64,000 nucleotides of DNA from Camelus ferus (lineage: Eukaryota): positions 25,236,001-25,300,000 of the forward strand of contig NC_045697.1 in the NCBI RefSeq assembly GCF_009834535.1, given 5' to 3'. The position numbers and the translations under genes were made by a program. Position 1 is the first letter of the stretch; each line of letters opens with the position of its first letter. Shown one piece after another: positions 1-11,854 of the stretch. The notes under the pieces are model-generated. The model was not told where the DNA came from. It was given only the letters and a program-made list of their open reading frames with translations, and did no database searches.

Positions 1-600
1 CATCAAAAGCATTAGATACATAGGAATGAATCTACCCAGAAAAACGTATAGTGCCATTAGGCAATATGAAAACTTAAATGTAAATGTAAATGCTTCTCAA
101 TTGATAGGCTCAACATTATTAGGATAGCATTATCCCCAAATAAATTAAATGATTTGATACAATATGAAACAAAACTTTATGGTTTGTTTTTGTTGTTGTT
201 ATGTGTTGTTGTTGTTTTAATTTTGTTAGAATATTGACATTCTGAAATTTGTATGGTGATTCAAAGAGCAAAAAATAGCCACGACAATCCTGAAGACAGA
301 TAACAAGGGAGTGGAGTTATTTTATTCTCTTAAATATAAATATTTAGTATAAAGTCATATTAATTAAAATACTGTTTTATGGGTAGTAAGATAGAAAAAT
401 AGATCAATGGCAAAGAATAATGTTTAGAACAGACCAATGCATGGGTGGACAATTGATTTTTGACAAAAATAATATAGCAAAGTACTGAGGAAAGTCTGGT
501 CACCTAATAAATTTCAATAAATGTTACATGTAGAGAATAAATGATGTTTAACAATCATTCCACATCATACACAAATAAACTCCAGGTCCAATATTTATGT
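1..600 (+). mobile_element. Old L1 (L1ME-like) ORF2 remnant
   Basis: Decayed ORF2-type stretches (ctgaaatttgtatgg...aatagccacgacaatcctgaag; atagatcaatgg; ttgatttttgacaaa; catacacaaataaactcc). Confidence 0.7.
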
Positions 601-606
601 AAATTT

Positions 607-1961
607 GAACATGCAATGGAGAAAAGATAGTCTCTATAAATAATGCTGGAAAAACTGGACAGCCACATGAAAAAAAATGAAAATAGATCACTCTCACACA
701 ATGCACAAAAATCAATTCAAAATGGATTAAAGACTTGAGTGTAAGATCAGAAACCATGAAACTCCTGTAAGAAAACATGGGCAGTATGCTCTTTGACATC
801 TGTCTTAGCAATGTCTTTCTGGATATGCCTCCCCAGGCAAGGGAAATAAAAGTAAAAATCAACAAATGGGACTACATTAAACTAAAAAGTTTTGGACAGC
901 AAAGGAAGCCATCAATAAAATGAAAAGGCAACCTATACACTGGAAGAAGATATTTGCAAAACAAATATCTAATGAGTTAATATCCAAAATGTATTAGGAA
1001 CTCATACAACTTGAAAGCAAAGCAAACAACAGGAATAATGAATGAGCAGAGGATCTGAATGTTTATAAAGAAGACATACAAAAGGCCAACAAATATGTCA
1101 AAAGGTACTTAACATCACTCATCATCAGGGAAATACAGATCAAAACCATGGTGAGATATCATCTTGCACCTATTACAATAGCTATTATCAAAAGGATGAA
1201 AGATAAGTATTGGTGAGGATGTGGAGAAAAAACCCTTGTACACTGTTAATGGGAATATAAATCAGCGTAACTATTATGGAAAATAGTATGAAAGTTCCTC
1301 AGAGAATTAAAAATTGAATTACCGCATGGATTCCACTCCTGAATGCATACCCAAAGGAAATGAAACTGTATCTCAAAAACATGTCTACACTCTCTTGTTC
1401 ATTACAGCATTATTCAGAATAGCCAAGGTATGGAAACAACCTGTGGCCATTGACGGATGAATGGATAAAGAGATTGTGGTATATATGTCTGTGTGTGTAT
1501 GTATGTGTATATATATACATATATATATTTATATAATGGGATATTATTCAGCATTCAAAAAGGAGATCCTGCCATTTGCAACAACCTGATGAGCCTGGAG
1601 GGCATGATGCTAAGTAAGGGAAGCCAGACACAGAAAGAAAAATACTGAATGATCTCTTTTACATGCAGACTCTAAAAAAGTTGAATACATAGAAGCAGAG
1701 AGTAAAACAGTGGTTACCAGAAGTAGGGAAGTTGATCAACGGATACAAACTTACAGTTACGCGGGATTAATAATTCTAGAGATCTAACATAAAGCATGAT
1801 GACTGCAGTTAATAATACTATGTTGAATACTGGAAATTTACTGAGAGAGTGAATTTCAAGTGCTGTCACAACACACACAAAAATGATAGCTATGTGAGGA
1901 GATTGGTATGTTGATTATCTTGACTGTAGTAATCATTTCACTATGTGTGTGTGTGTGTGTG

Positions 1962-2021
<60 letters not shown>

Positions 2022-2091
2022 CACCATGTATACCTTAAAGATGTATATTTTTTATTTATACATTTCAGGAAAAAAAATTAAAAAAAAAAAA
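607..2091 (+). mobile_element. 5'-truncated L1 (L1MA8/9-like): ORF2 3' end, 3'UTR and poly(A)
   Basis: ORF2 C-terminal sequence (aaatgggactacattaaactaaaaag; ggtgaggatgtggagaaa; atggatgaatggataaag), L1MA-type 3'UTR, A tail 2070-2091. Confidence 0.9.
1944..2018. repeat. (TG)n(TA)n compound microsatellite in the L1 3'UTR
   Basis: Directly visible. Confidence 0.95.
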
Positions 2092-2769
2092 GAAATGTAG
2101 CCTAGGAGTCATATGTTGAATGGATTAGTGAAAGTCACTTCACATTTCATGATTTGTTTTTAAGTGCCTAATACATCTATTACTATCCCATATCATTTAA
2201 TGGCCATGTACTTTTAATTCTTTTAGATACACATAATCTGAGAAAACAGAACAGAACAAAATAAGAAGATACCTAAATAAAAAGAGAAGAGGGAAATCAT
2301 ATCTAGTTATCTAGTTAGTTGCAGTGCCTATTGCTTCTCTTTTTCATTTTTTTCATAGTAGTATTAATTTTGCTGATTTCAATAAATAGTACAAATGTGC
2401 ATGAGGTAGACAATGGAAAATTAAATGAATTCTTTAGAGCCCATATTTTTAAAGAAACGATAATGGTAGAAGGGATTATATAGAAGTGATTTAGAATATT
2501 TTCCCAATTTATGTTAGTAGTTTTATCGATGTCCTCTCCTAGAGGAAAATGGAAAATTAACCAAACGTTCTCCCACAGAGAACAGTAAGAAACTTGTTCG
2601 TTACTCTACATTTTAACAACATCTATGACTTTCTGTCCAGACTTCATGAACCAAGCAATTTCTGAGTGATTCTATAAAGTTGTTAGCAGGTCATGCAAGA
2701 GAAGAAACAGAGATCATTGTTTATTAATGATGAACTGCTTTTGGCAAAGTCCTGCATCTTTTATCTTAG

Positions 2770-2941
2770 TTAACCTTCTCATCAATCTTTCTTGCAAGGT
2801 AAATTTGTCATTCCCACTTTATGAATAGACAGGTTGTATTATCTGCCTAAGTTCAAGCTGAAAATGTATAGCAGAGCCTGCAATTGAACCCAAGCTTACA
2901 TGATTCTATTTTGAAAGCCCTTTCTGCTCTGCCACACAGCT
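2770..2941 (-). mobile_element. MIR SINE remnant
   Basis: Similar to reverse-complement MIR core (cccactttatgaa...gcagagcctgcaattgaacccaag). Confidence 0.6.
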
Positions 2942-3481
2942 AGTTAAATAATATGTAGAAATTAATGATGTCAAGTGTAGGAGAAAGCGAGCAGGAGGAA
3001 CTTTCAGATACTTTAACCTCTTGTGGAATAATGGGATGGCCTTGAAGGAAAGGACAATTTTAAACTTGATTTGGAAGAAAATGATTATTGAAAGTGGAAC
3101 ATTAAAACATTAAAATATTCTCTAGGGCATTCATCTAGATTATGTATTCATACATGTAATAGAAGTTTTATAGATGATTAATAGGTATTTTCAAGGTAAG
3201 GAGATTTAGTCTTCCAAGAAAAGCATTGATTAGTGCTTAATTGTTTTTTAGGAAATTCAAATTTGCTTCCTAAGATTTTTGTCAACATTTAACAAGAAAA
3301 TGTTTTAAAGGAAAATTTAAAGAAAGAGAAAGCAACTGTAATTGCATCAAAGTATGTTTAAACATCAGGGTTCCTTTTAGACCTCAAATAATTATGTCCC
3401 CTATGTTATAGATGCACAGAAGCATCTCTTCTCTCAAGCAAAATGTGTAGGTCAATATAATTCAATGATTAAAAACTTACA

Positions 3482-4665
3482 TGTTGTTAAATAAAATCAA
3501 ATCTGAACTTAGTATTAAGAGACTTTCTTGAAAAGGACTATTCCAATGAGGGGAAAGAGACTGTTGCAAAAGAAGACTTTCAAGAACCTCAAAGAGCAGG
3601 CAGCAAGGATTGTCTATTATAGGGAAGGGCAAATAAGGCTAGAAAGAGTGGATATAGGTGTTAGAGGAGGCAGGTAGCTGGATGTGAGCAGAGAAAGGGG
3701 GGCATGGGGCAAATGGCAGGAAACCATGCATCTTGTGAACAGCTGGGGTCCTTGGGCAGACAGAAAAGCAGGAACCTCCAGCTGATGAGAAATCCTACAT
3801 TTTGGGGGTGACAGGTGTCCTTGAGGCAGGCAAAGAAAAGTGGGAAAAGGCAGGAATCTCTAGCATCCAGACGTAACCCTTTTTTCATTATGCCCTCATT
3901 ACAATAAAATTAGAAGTATCCATCATGCATCAAAGCCATGACACTTCCAATCCAGACTAAATAAGGACAGAATCCCTCCTCCTTTCAGGGAATACGACCC
4001 CAAGTCCCTCCCTCCCCATTGAATATTCTTCCCATTCATTTTTACATTCTGTGTAACCAGCTTGCCAAAGAAACTCAGGGCAGCTGCTCACCTCAGTCTA
4101 CCTGCTCTCCCCTTGAGAGTGTACTATCATGTATCACTTAATAAATCCTCACTTAACTTTCTTGACCCCTGTGTCTCATCTTTCTGTAATGAGACAAGAA
4201 CCTAATCTCCAGCAACACAGGGTGTGGGAGGCATGACTAGAGGACGGGTCCTTAGGGAATGATTTTCCTTGTGTTCAGCAGGTTCTCAGGAGAGACCATT
4301 AAGGAGGGATTGTATGCTGAGGTGAGTCAAAATTCAGGACCTGGAGAAAGAGAAAAAGCTTAACTAAAGTTTGGTCAAATTAGTTAACAATCACTTTTTT
4401 TACCATTCATCAATGGGAACCAGCAATTCCACTAATCCTTTATGAAGAAGCAAAGAATGGGTATTGGGAGAGTCTGTGTCTGTCCTTGTCATATGTAAAT
4501 AAGGGGGATATCCATGAGTCTTATGGAGACTCTGAGGGAGAAAGGAGGAAGAATGGTTCTTTGCAGTAAGACGTTTCCTGAACAAAAAAAGGAGGGCATT
4601 TTTAGCCTTGGGTGATCCCAGGAGCAGAACTCAAGTTAACAGCTTTATGTTATCAATGTCAATCA
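3482..4665 (-). mobile_element. Old ERV LTR, interrupted by a younger solo LTR at 3659-4217
   Basis: Starts TGTTG; LTR-like sequence resumes after the nested element. Right end and strand uncertain. Confidence 0.5.
3659..4217 (+). mobile_element. Solo ERV1 LTR, MER41-like
   Basis: TG...CA termini (tgttag...gcaaca); 4-bp TSD TAGG/CAGG (1 mismatch); AATAAA at 4140-4145; blocks resembling MER41 (gccatgaca; ctaaataagg...ccctc...ttcagggaat; tgaatattc; gagacaagaacc). Confidence 0.8.
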
Positions 4666-4763
4666 TTTTTCCCTTGTGCTATTTTTCACAAAATACAGTC
4701 AAAACCTCTAGCCAACTCACAACATACTTGCAAACAATTAAGAAGTGAAAATAATATAAGCTC

Positions 4764-5087
4764 TTTTAAATCAATTAAACAAGGAGGCCATTAGACTGAG
4801 TTGGCTCTGATGACTTGGCAGCCTATGTGAGCAAACCAGAATCTAAGCCAGTAAGTGTCTCGAGCTTTTGAAATTGAAATCAAAGGACAACCAGTAATAA
4901 ACAGCCAAGTAGGCTTTAAGCTGTGGTTCATCAATAATGTCCTTACGTGGCTTCTACCCTTTCTGTAATAGTCTTTCCCCGGCTCCTGTCGGGGTAGTGC
5001 TCCTAACCACTTCCTGTTTGGTACTTCAGATTGCTTTTTACTCAAGTAAACTAAAAAATTTAATATGTCTTAGTTTATCTTTTAATA
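4764..5087 (+). mobile_element. Solo ERV1 LTR (MER34/MER39-group-like)
   Basis: Perfect 4-bp TSD GCTC (4760-4763, 5088-5091); decayed TGTTAAA...TTTAACA termini; typical start aaacaaggaggccattagactgag. Confidence 0.8.
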
Positions 5088-7839
5088 GCTCAAATGTTGA
5101 GCATCTTTTCAGGTCCAACACACTTAATCCTCCAACTACTGAGAAGTCTTAACTGTCAAGACTTGTTCCTAAGTCGGTGTATTCAGGACAAATTACTCTG
5201 TATCCTTAGGCCATATATTTGTGCCATGCTGTCCAAAGACTTGCTTTCTGAGGGTAAGAGAGAAGGCTTTTCACCAAATATTTTAGGTACTCAAACAAAT
5301 GACAATTTAATTAGTTTTAGAAATGTTTATAAATCTTGCTTATTTACTGATCTGAGATAAGCTTTTATTCAATTAGTTTGAATTGCACCACTTGACCACA
5401 CTGGAAGGATGTCTGTATCACAGGATTGTTTGAGAGCAATTAACCAGTCAAGTAAAATAGGCTGTCTAAAAAGTTAATGGACTTTATATTTTTAACTTAT
5501 TCTCTGAATCAGGCTGCATTCAAGTTGGAGAAATACTATTTGACAGCATGTGCATTCTGAATATTCTAGATATCTCCAGAAGGGAAATTTAGAGAAAAGC
5601 TGGGAGAATTAAAGCGAAACGGAGGACAAGAAAGAGAAGAAAGGAAATCAGAACAATTCCTTCCACATTCAGAAATAACAGCAGTAACAATAAATAATTG
5701 TTTATCAGCTCTAAGGTGCTTAATTTGTGCCTGGCCCTTGTCCCAGAACTTCATATAGCACTTCATTATCTAAACTTTCTTTGCTTTTCTGGTCTAAGTT
5801 ATAGGACACTGGACTGCTGGTGGCCGCCAAGCATTTTCTCTTCCAGTCCAGAAAACAAAAAGAGACTCTCCTGTCCAACTTTAAAATTCCTAGGGAAGCT
5901 AGTCAGTGATATGACTATATATGTCTTCCCCTGGACATGCCAACCAGTGATTAGGATTTGGGATATTATGCAAAGATGATTTGCACCTGCAAATCTCACG
6001 CCCATTATTAAATGAGCCTACTCTTAAAGAGTTGCTTTGTTACATAGTTGCTTTAGTTATAACCTTCAGTATAGTAAAAATAAAATTAAAAGCCATTTCC
6101 TTATAAATTCCAGTGGGATGTGTGGGAGAGAGAGAAAGAGAGAGAAAAGGAAGAAAAAAATAAATAACTGCACATGCAGTACATCTCTCTCACTAGTAGA
6201 ATTAAACTTTTCACTGGCACTCATTGTTTGCAGTATGATACATTAAATGTTTGTCCTTGTTTTTTTCTGTCTTTTGTTTCATTAAAAATTGATATTAAGA
6301 TTGATATTGTTGATCGCTTCCTCAGAAAAAGTGAATTATTGAAGGGTCGTTATTGAAAAAGTCATTATTGAAGCTCGTAACATGTTAAACATACAATTTT
6401 AAATGGATTATCTCAACATATGTTCACAGTCCAAAGAAGCCTATTACATCCTATGGCTGCAGGAACTTATAGCCAAAGTTAACTCTTCTGAATCATTTTG
6501 GAAGATTTATTCTGAGAAGAACTGCTTTTCTTTCTCTTTCTTTTAAAAAAGTTCAAATCACAATTTTAACTGTGAATTTCAAGTTCCAAATTTGATATAA
6601 AACAATATCTAATGAGCACCTGAAATAATGTCTTAGCCATTCAGAACTCTAAAACAAATTGTTATTTGAATATAATACCATTTCATAATTCTAAGATTGG
6701 AAAGGAAACAGGTATAGTAAAATTTGAAATTAAAAGACAACTTAAGGTAACATATTTTATCATTTAATTGAAAAAGAAACATTGTGAAATTTTATAATTA
6801 TCCATGTATCCATGGTTCTACCATTTTTTTTACAGCCTATTTTTTTTCTCATTCCTACTCCAGTACTCTTGCCAACACACATTCTATTCCTTGTGTAAAA
6901 TTAAACTCTCAAGTAACCTACAACATAAAAAATGCCAAAGGTCAGTATATGATAACTATCAAATCATTACATAGCATTCTTCAGAATGAAATAAATTCTT
7001 ATTGTTGCTTGCCCTTCGAAACAAAAGTAACTAACTCTGAAAAGTGTCTAGAGAAATAAAGAAAATAAAGAATCAAGGAGGAAAAATGAAAAAGTATAAA
7101 TAGGAAGTATGTCACTCTTTATTTTCCATTTGGATATTAGGTTTAGGTCCAAGTATTGGGACATATACTATAAATAAATATTATAATAGCTACAGAAAAA
7201 AGAAAGCAAATAACTTTGGCAATTCAATTGTTGCAATGATGGAGAATCTAAAACAACATAAATGAATTTCCTAAAATGTATTGCTACACAGACTACCTTA
7301 ACATCTTAAAAAGAATCTTGATTTTTAAATTTTTTTTTATTTCTTTGCAAAGGATGGGTCAAATGATAATGCATGATAAATGGGATAAATGTTTTTATCC
7401 CAACAGAAGCAAATGATAAGTGTTGAGGGAGAAGATATTGGGTGGAATGGTTGAGGGCAAGTGCAGAGGCTGTGTGAGGATACACAAGAAGCCTTGTAGC
7501 ACAAATTGGAGGACTAAGAACAGATAAACTTGAATGAGTAGACTGGCTGGATTCATTCCTTATATATTTCTTACCTTCTGTTTTTGACTTTCTAGAAGTC
7601 ATTTAATAAACCCTTCCCCTCAATATTACAACTCTATTTGCTAAAAGTACATTCTTAAGTTTTATCATTAATCCACATCCAAACTGAACAGAAAGTGTGG
7701 AAAAACTTATCTGAAGAGAAAAATTATAATATATAGGTATTCAGTTTGTTATTTACAATTTTTTTTAAATTTAAATCAATTGTCATTTACAATAATAAGT
7801 TAGGATCGCACACAAAGTTCTGAAACTTAGATGGCTAAT

Positions 7840-8670
7840 AAAATTAGTAATAAGCAATTTACGTTAGCTTTCTCACTTAAATTTCATCATAGTTTTATTG
7901 AACAAATGAAGGAAACAGGATTTCAGGGAGGTCATATAACCAATCAAAATAACATAGGGAAAAGAAAGCTTAGAATTTAAATCAAGAATGGTCTGACCAT
8001 AAAAGTTAGGCTGTTATCTGTGAAACTTAGATGCTGTGTCCATCATCACTAACCGGTTTTTCACTATCCGAGGAGATCAATAGAAAAAGACTATGGATAA
8101 CAGAATTCTATCAAAATTCTATCAAAGCAGTTATTAATTTGTACTTATAGCCACCAAAGTATTACCTTCCCATTGTATAGGTTAAAAGAAAAAGATTAAA
8201 TAAGCATAAGTGCTTACTCAACAACATATAAAATAGTAAATAACTGATTCTAGACAGGGACCTCATCTTCTAACATGTAAGTTAATGTATTACCACAGCA
8301 CTAATCTAAAGTTATACTTGCCTTAGGCATGGCTTATCTGAATTTTTTTTGAAAGATTGTTTTTCAAAAATATTTCTTCTGTACATTATTTCCTACTTCT
8401 TCAGAAAGCTTTCAGTAGATGGAAACACGGTCCACAATTCATTCACTTAACAGAAAATAACCAATTACTTATTAAGTGCAACGTACTTGATATAACTTTT
8501 ACCATGTAATCACAAGTGTAAACCCATGATGCAGGTAGTATGTTATCCAATTGTATTGCTCAGAACACTGAGGCTCAGAAGGTTTGTGCAAAATATTCAT
8601 TACCCACAGTTAAAAGTAATCAATTAGATATTTAAACTATTTCTTTTGAATATTAAAGCAGAAACACTTA
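7840..8670 (-). mobile_element. Cluster of about three MIR remnants
   Basis: MIR-core-like segments near 7900 (aaatgaaggaaacagg), 8170 and 8530-8580 (actgaggctcagaaggtt). Confidence 0.5.
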
Positions 8671-8679
8671 GACTCTGTT

Positions 8680-11600
8680 CCAGGGAAGACTGCAGGTAGG
8701 AAGACTAATCAGGAGATTTTTGATGCAGTTCACGTGACAGGAGAGAGTTTTCCGAACGAGGACATTCGTCATAAGTAACCAAGAGCCCAAATAATGTTTA
8801 GGACATAAAGGCACAAAAATTTGCAAAATGGATGTGAGGATTTAGGGAAAGACAACAGTAAGACTTTTGTTAGATATGAAACTGACTGGATGGTAGTGTT
8901 GACAGTATTTAGAGTATGAAACAAGAATAAAAATCTATAAAGGAAATTTCATATTTTCATAGTTTAAATTTGGGATTCCAGAGTGAGAGTGTTTCCATAA
9001 TCATGGAGGTGATCTAGGATGAAAATAGTAATGTGCAAATTATTAGCACATAGTCATTAGATTATAGCATGGGTTTAGTTGAGATCACCTAGGGAGATGA
9101 TAGAATGAAAAATCATTTGACTTTGGATGGCATTCTATAAAAAAAAATATGTGGTAAGCCAAGATGTAGTACATGTAGCAGACAAAGAAGGGTCAGTTAG
9201 AGAAAATTTTACAGTATGTTACAAGCAAGGGAAGTAGAGGTTCTCAATAAGAAGGATTGAGCACAGGTGTCAAATGAAGCAGAAAATTAAGACCTAAAAA
9301 TATCCTTGGTATTTGACATGCACTTCTTCAGTAAATATATACTGAAGATCTATGTGCTATGTACTACTAACACAGAGGTGGGGGAAAAAAAAACAGATAT
9401 GTTCTTTTTCACCATGGTAATTATAGTCTAGTGGGAAAGAAAATCATAAAATAAAAATTATTACTCTAAATCATGATGAGTGCTTATTAGAAAAAGAAGA
9501 GTCAGGGCAGAGAATAAGAGGATTTCCTTAATTATGTTGAAAGTTAAGACAGGCTTCTCTGAGACAGTGACATTTAAATTGAGATCTATAAAATGGCAGC
9601 TTAAAAGTGACCCTAGGGATTATATGTTCAAGGAGACCTTAGGGTACATTTCAGATTGCAGTGGGTTGAAAAATTAATGTTACATGAAGAATTCAATTCA
9701 ATTCAAAGAACAGTGAAAACAGAAGAAAAGTTAAACTTAGTAAAGGTGATCTGGAATGTCAGGAATATTTGGAGGAAGAACCTTCTAAAAGAGGGACTGT
9801 TTTGAGCTTAAGCCCTCAGTTAAAGTATGTGTTGGACGAACACCATAGAGGTTGAGTGCAGCTAGAGTATAAGACACTGAGAAGGGATGGAGAGAGAGGA
9901 ACAGTAAAGGAGGCAGTGATTCAAGGAGGAGGAGGAAATAAGGCAAGGCTTTATAAATCATTGTAAGGACCTCAGGTTTTACTCTGGGGAAATGAGGAGT
10001 CTAAAGATTTTGAGCAAAGTGGCATAATCTTATTGAAATTTAGAAAGACTATGTTGCATGCTATTTTGGGGATAGGCTGTAGAGGGCAAAGGTAGAGGGA
10101 GAAGACCTATTTTTCGTATATATATATTTTTTTTATTGAAGTATAGTCAATTTACAATGTTGTGTCAATTTCTGGTGTACAGCATAATGCTTCAGTCATA
10201 CATGAACATACATATGTTTGTTTCAAATTCTTTTTCACCAGAAGTTACTACAAGATACTGAATATAGTTCCCTGTGCTATACAGCATAAACTTGTTTATA
10301 TATTTAATGTATATATATTAGTATCTGCAAATCTTGAACTCCCAGTTTATCTCTTCTCACTCTCTTCCCCCCTGGTAATCCTAAGTCTGTTTTCTATGTC
10401 TGTAAGTCTGTTGCTGTTTTGTAAATAAGTTATCTTTTTTTTTTTTTTTTAGATTCCACATATAAGTGACATCATATGGTATTTTTCTTTCTCTTTCTGG
10501 CTTACTTCGCCTAGAATGACAATCTGAGAAGACCTTTTAGGAAGCTAAGTGCAAGACAGCTAATAGCTTGTACTGGAACAATAATAGTGGAGGTGATGAG
10601 AAGTGACCGTATTCTCCTTACATTATGAAGACAGATTCAACCAAATGTTCTAATGTAGAGGATTTGAGAAACAGAAGAATTAAATATAATTCCAAGATTT
10701 TAGACCTGAGCCATTAGGAAGATGTAGTCTCCATTAAATGAAACATGGATTGAAGAAGTAGAGTTCAGATTTAAACATATTAGGCTTAAGATATCTTATT
10801 AAACAAGACCTTTTATATATGAAACTGGAGCTTGAGAAAGAGATTTAGGCTAGAGATATAAATTTGTATGTGGTAAGCGAACAGATGTCACTTAAATGGA
10901 TGAAACACGATGAAAACATTTAGGGAGAATGCTTGTCCAGAAAAGAAAACCCAGGGTAGAACCCGTGGTATCTCCCATACCCAAGAGACCAATCAGAGTT
11001 GACTGAGATCAAGCAACTATTGAGGTAAGGGGAGAAACAGCAATGACAACAGAAAGCCAAAAGAAAGCACATCTAGGTGGAGGAGGAGATACCACTTTGT
11101 CAGATGCTGCTTGTTAAGTCTAGTAAGATGAGGGCCAAAAATAAAGCTTTAGATTCTGCCACACATAAGTCACTGATGATCTTGATGGGAGAATTTTCAA
11201 TGAGGTGATGGGGGCAAAAACCTTTCCGGGAGTGGATTTAAGAGAATATTGGAGACAGGAAATTTAGGGGAAAAAAAGTCTCAAGATGCTCAGAGTAATA
11301 GGACAAAAATCATCAAGCGAGGTGGAGTCAATAATATTTGTATGTGTTTTTAAAGATGAGAGAAATGTGTTAATAAAGATGAGAGAAATTGCTGACATTA
11401 ATGACTGGAGAGGAATAGTAACAAAAAAAAATGTTGTGTGTCAGAGAATTATTAGATGAATGTCTTTGAGAAAGTCAGAGGAAGGAATCCAGTGATCAAG
11501 TGGAGGATCTGGTTTTAAAAGGACCGTATATACTTTGATTTAATTTTTATAGTGGACACAGTTTACATGGTGGAAAAGTGGAGTAAAGTATGTGGAACCA
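8680..11600 (-). mobile_element. L2 LINE remnants (at least two pieces), interrupted by an L1
   Basis: L2 3' end in reverse at ~9325 (ttcagtaaatatatactga...tatagtctagtggg); purine-rich L2 antisense body (ggaggtgatgagaagtg; tcactgatgatcttga; agtggatttaagagag). Confidence 0.7.
10112..10525 (-). mobile_element. Young 5'-truncated L1 3' end (camelid-type)
   Basis: T-rich tail then ttattgaagtatagtcaatttacaatgttgtgtcaatttctggtgtacagcat; TSD GAGAAGACCT at 10099-10108 and 10526-10535. Confidence 0.9.
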
Positions 11601-11640
11601 AATGCTGAGAGAAAAAAGTGAATTCAGTGAGTATAGAGAC

Positions 11641-11854
11641 CAGGTTTTGCTAAACTACAGACTGTGTGTCACACCAGCTCACCATCTGGTTTTGTAAATA
11701 AAGTATTATTGGAACAAAGCTGTTCCTTTACGTATTGCCTATTGTTGCTTTCACATAATAACAGAAGACTTGAGTAGTTGTAGTAAAGACGGTGTGGACT
11801 AATGCCTAAATACTTACTGTCTAGCCCTTTCCTAAAAAAGTGTGCTAACTCCTG
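11641..11854. mobile_element. MER58A-like hAT-Charlie MITE
   Basis: CAGG...CCTG termini; internal gttttgtaaataaagtattattggaaca and ttgagtagttg; flanks gtatagagac/gtataaac resemble the hAT target. Confidence 0.85.
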
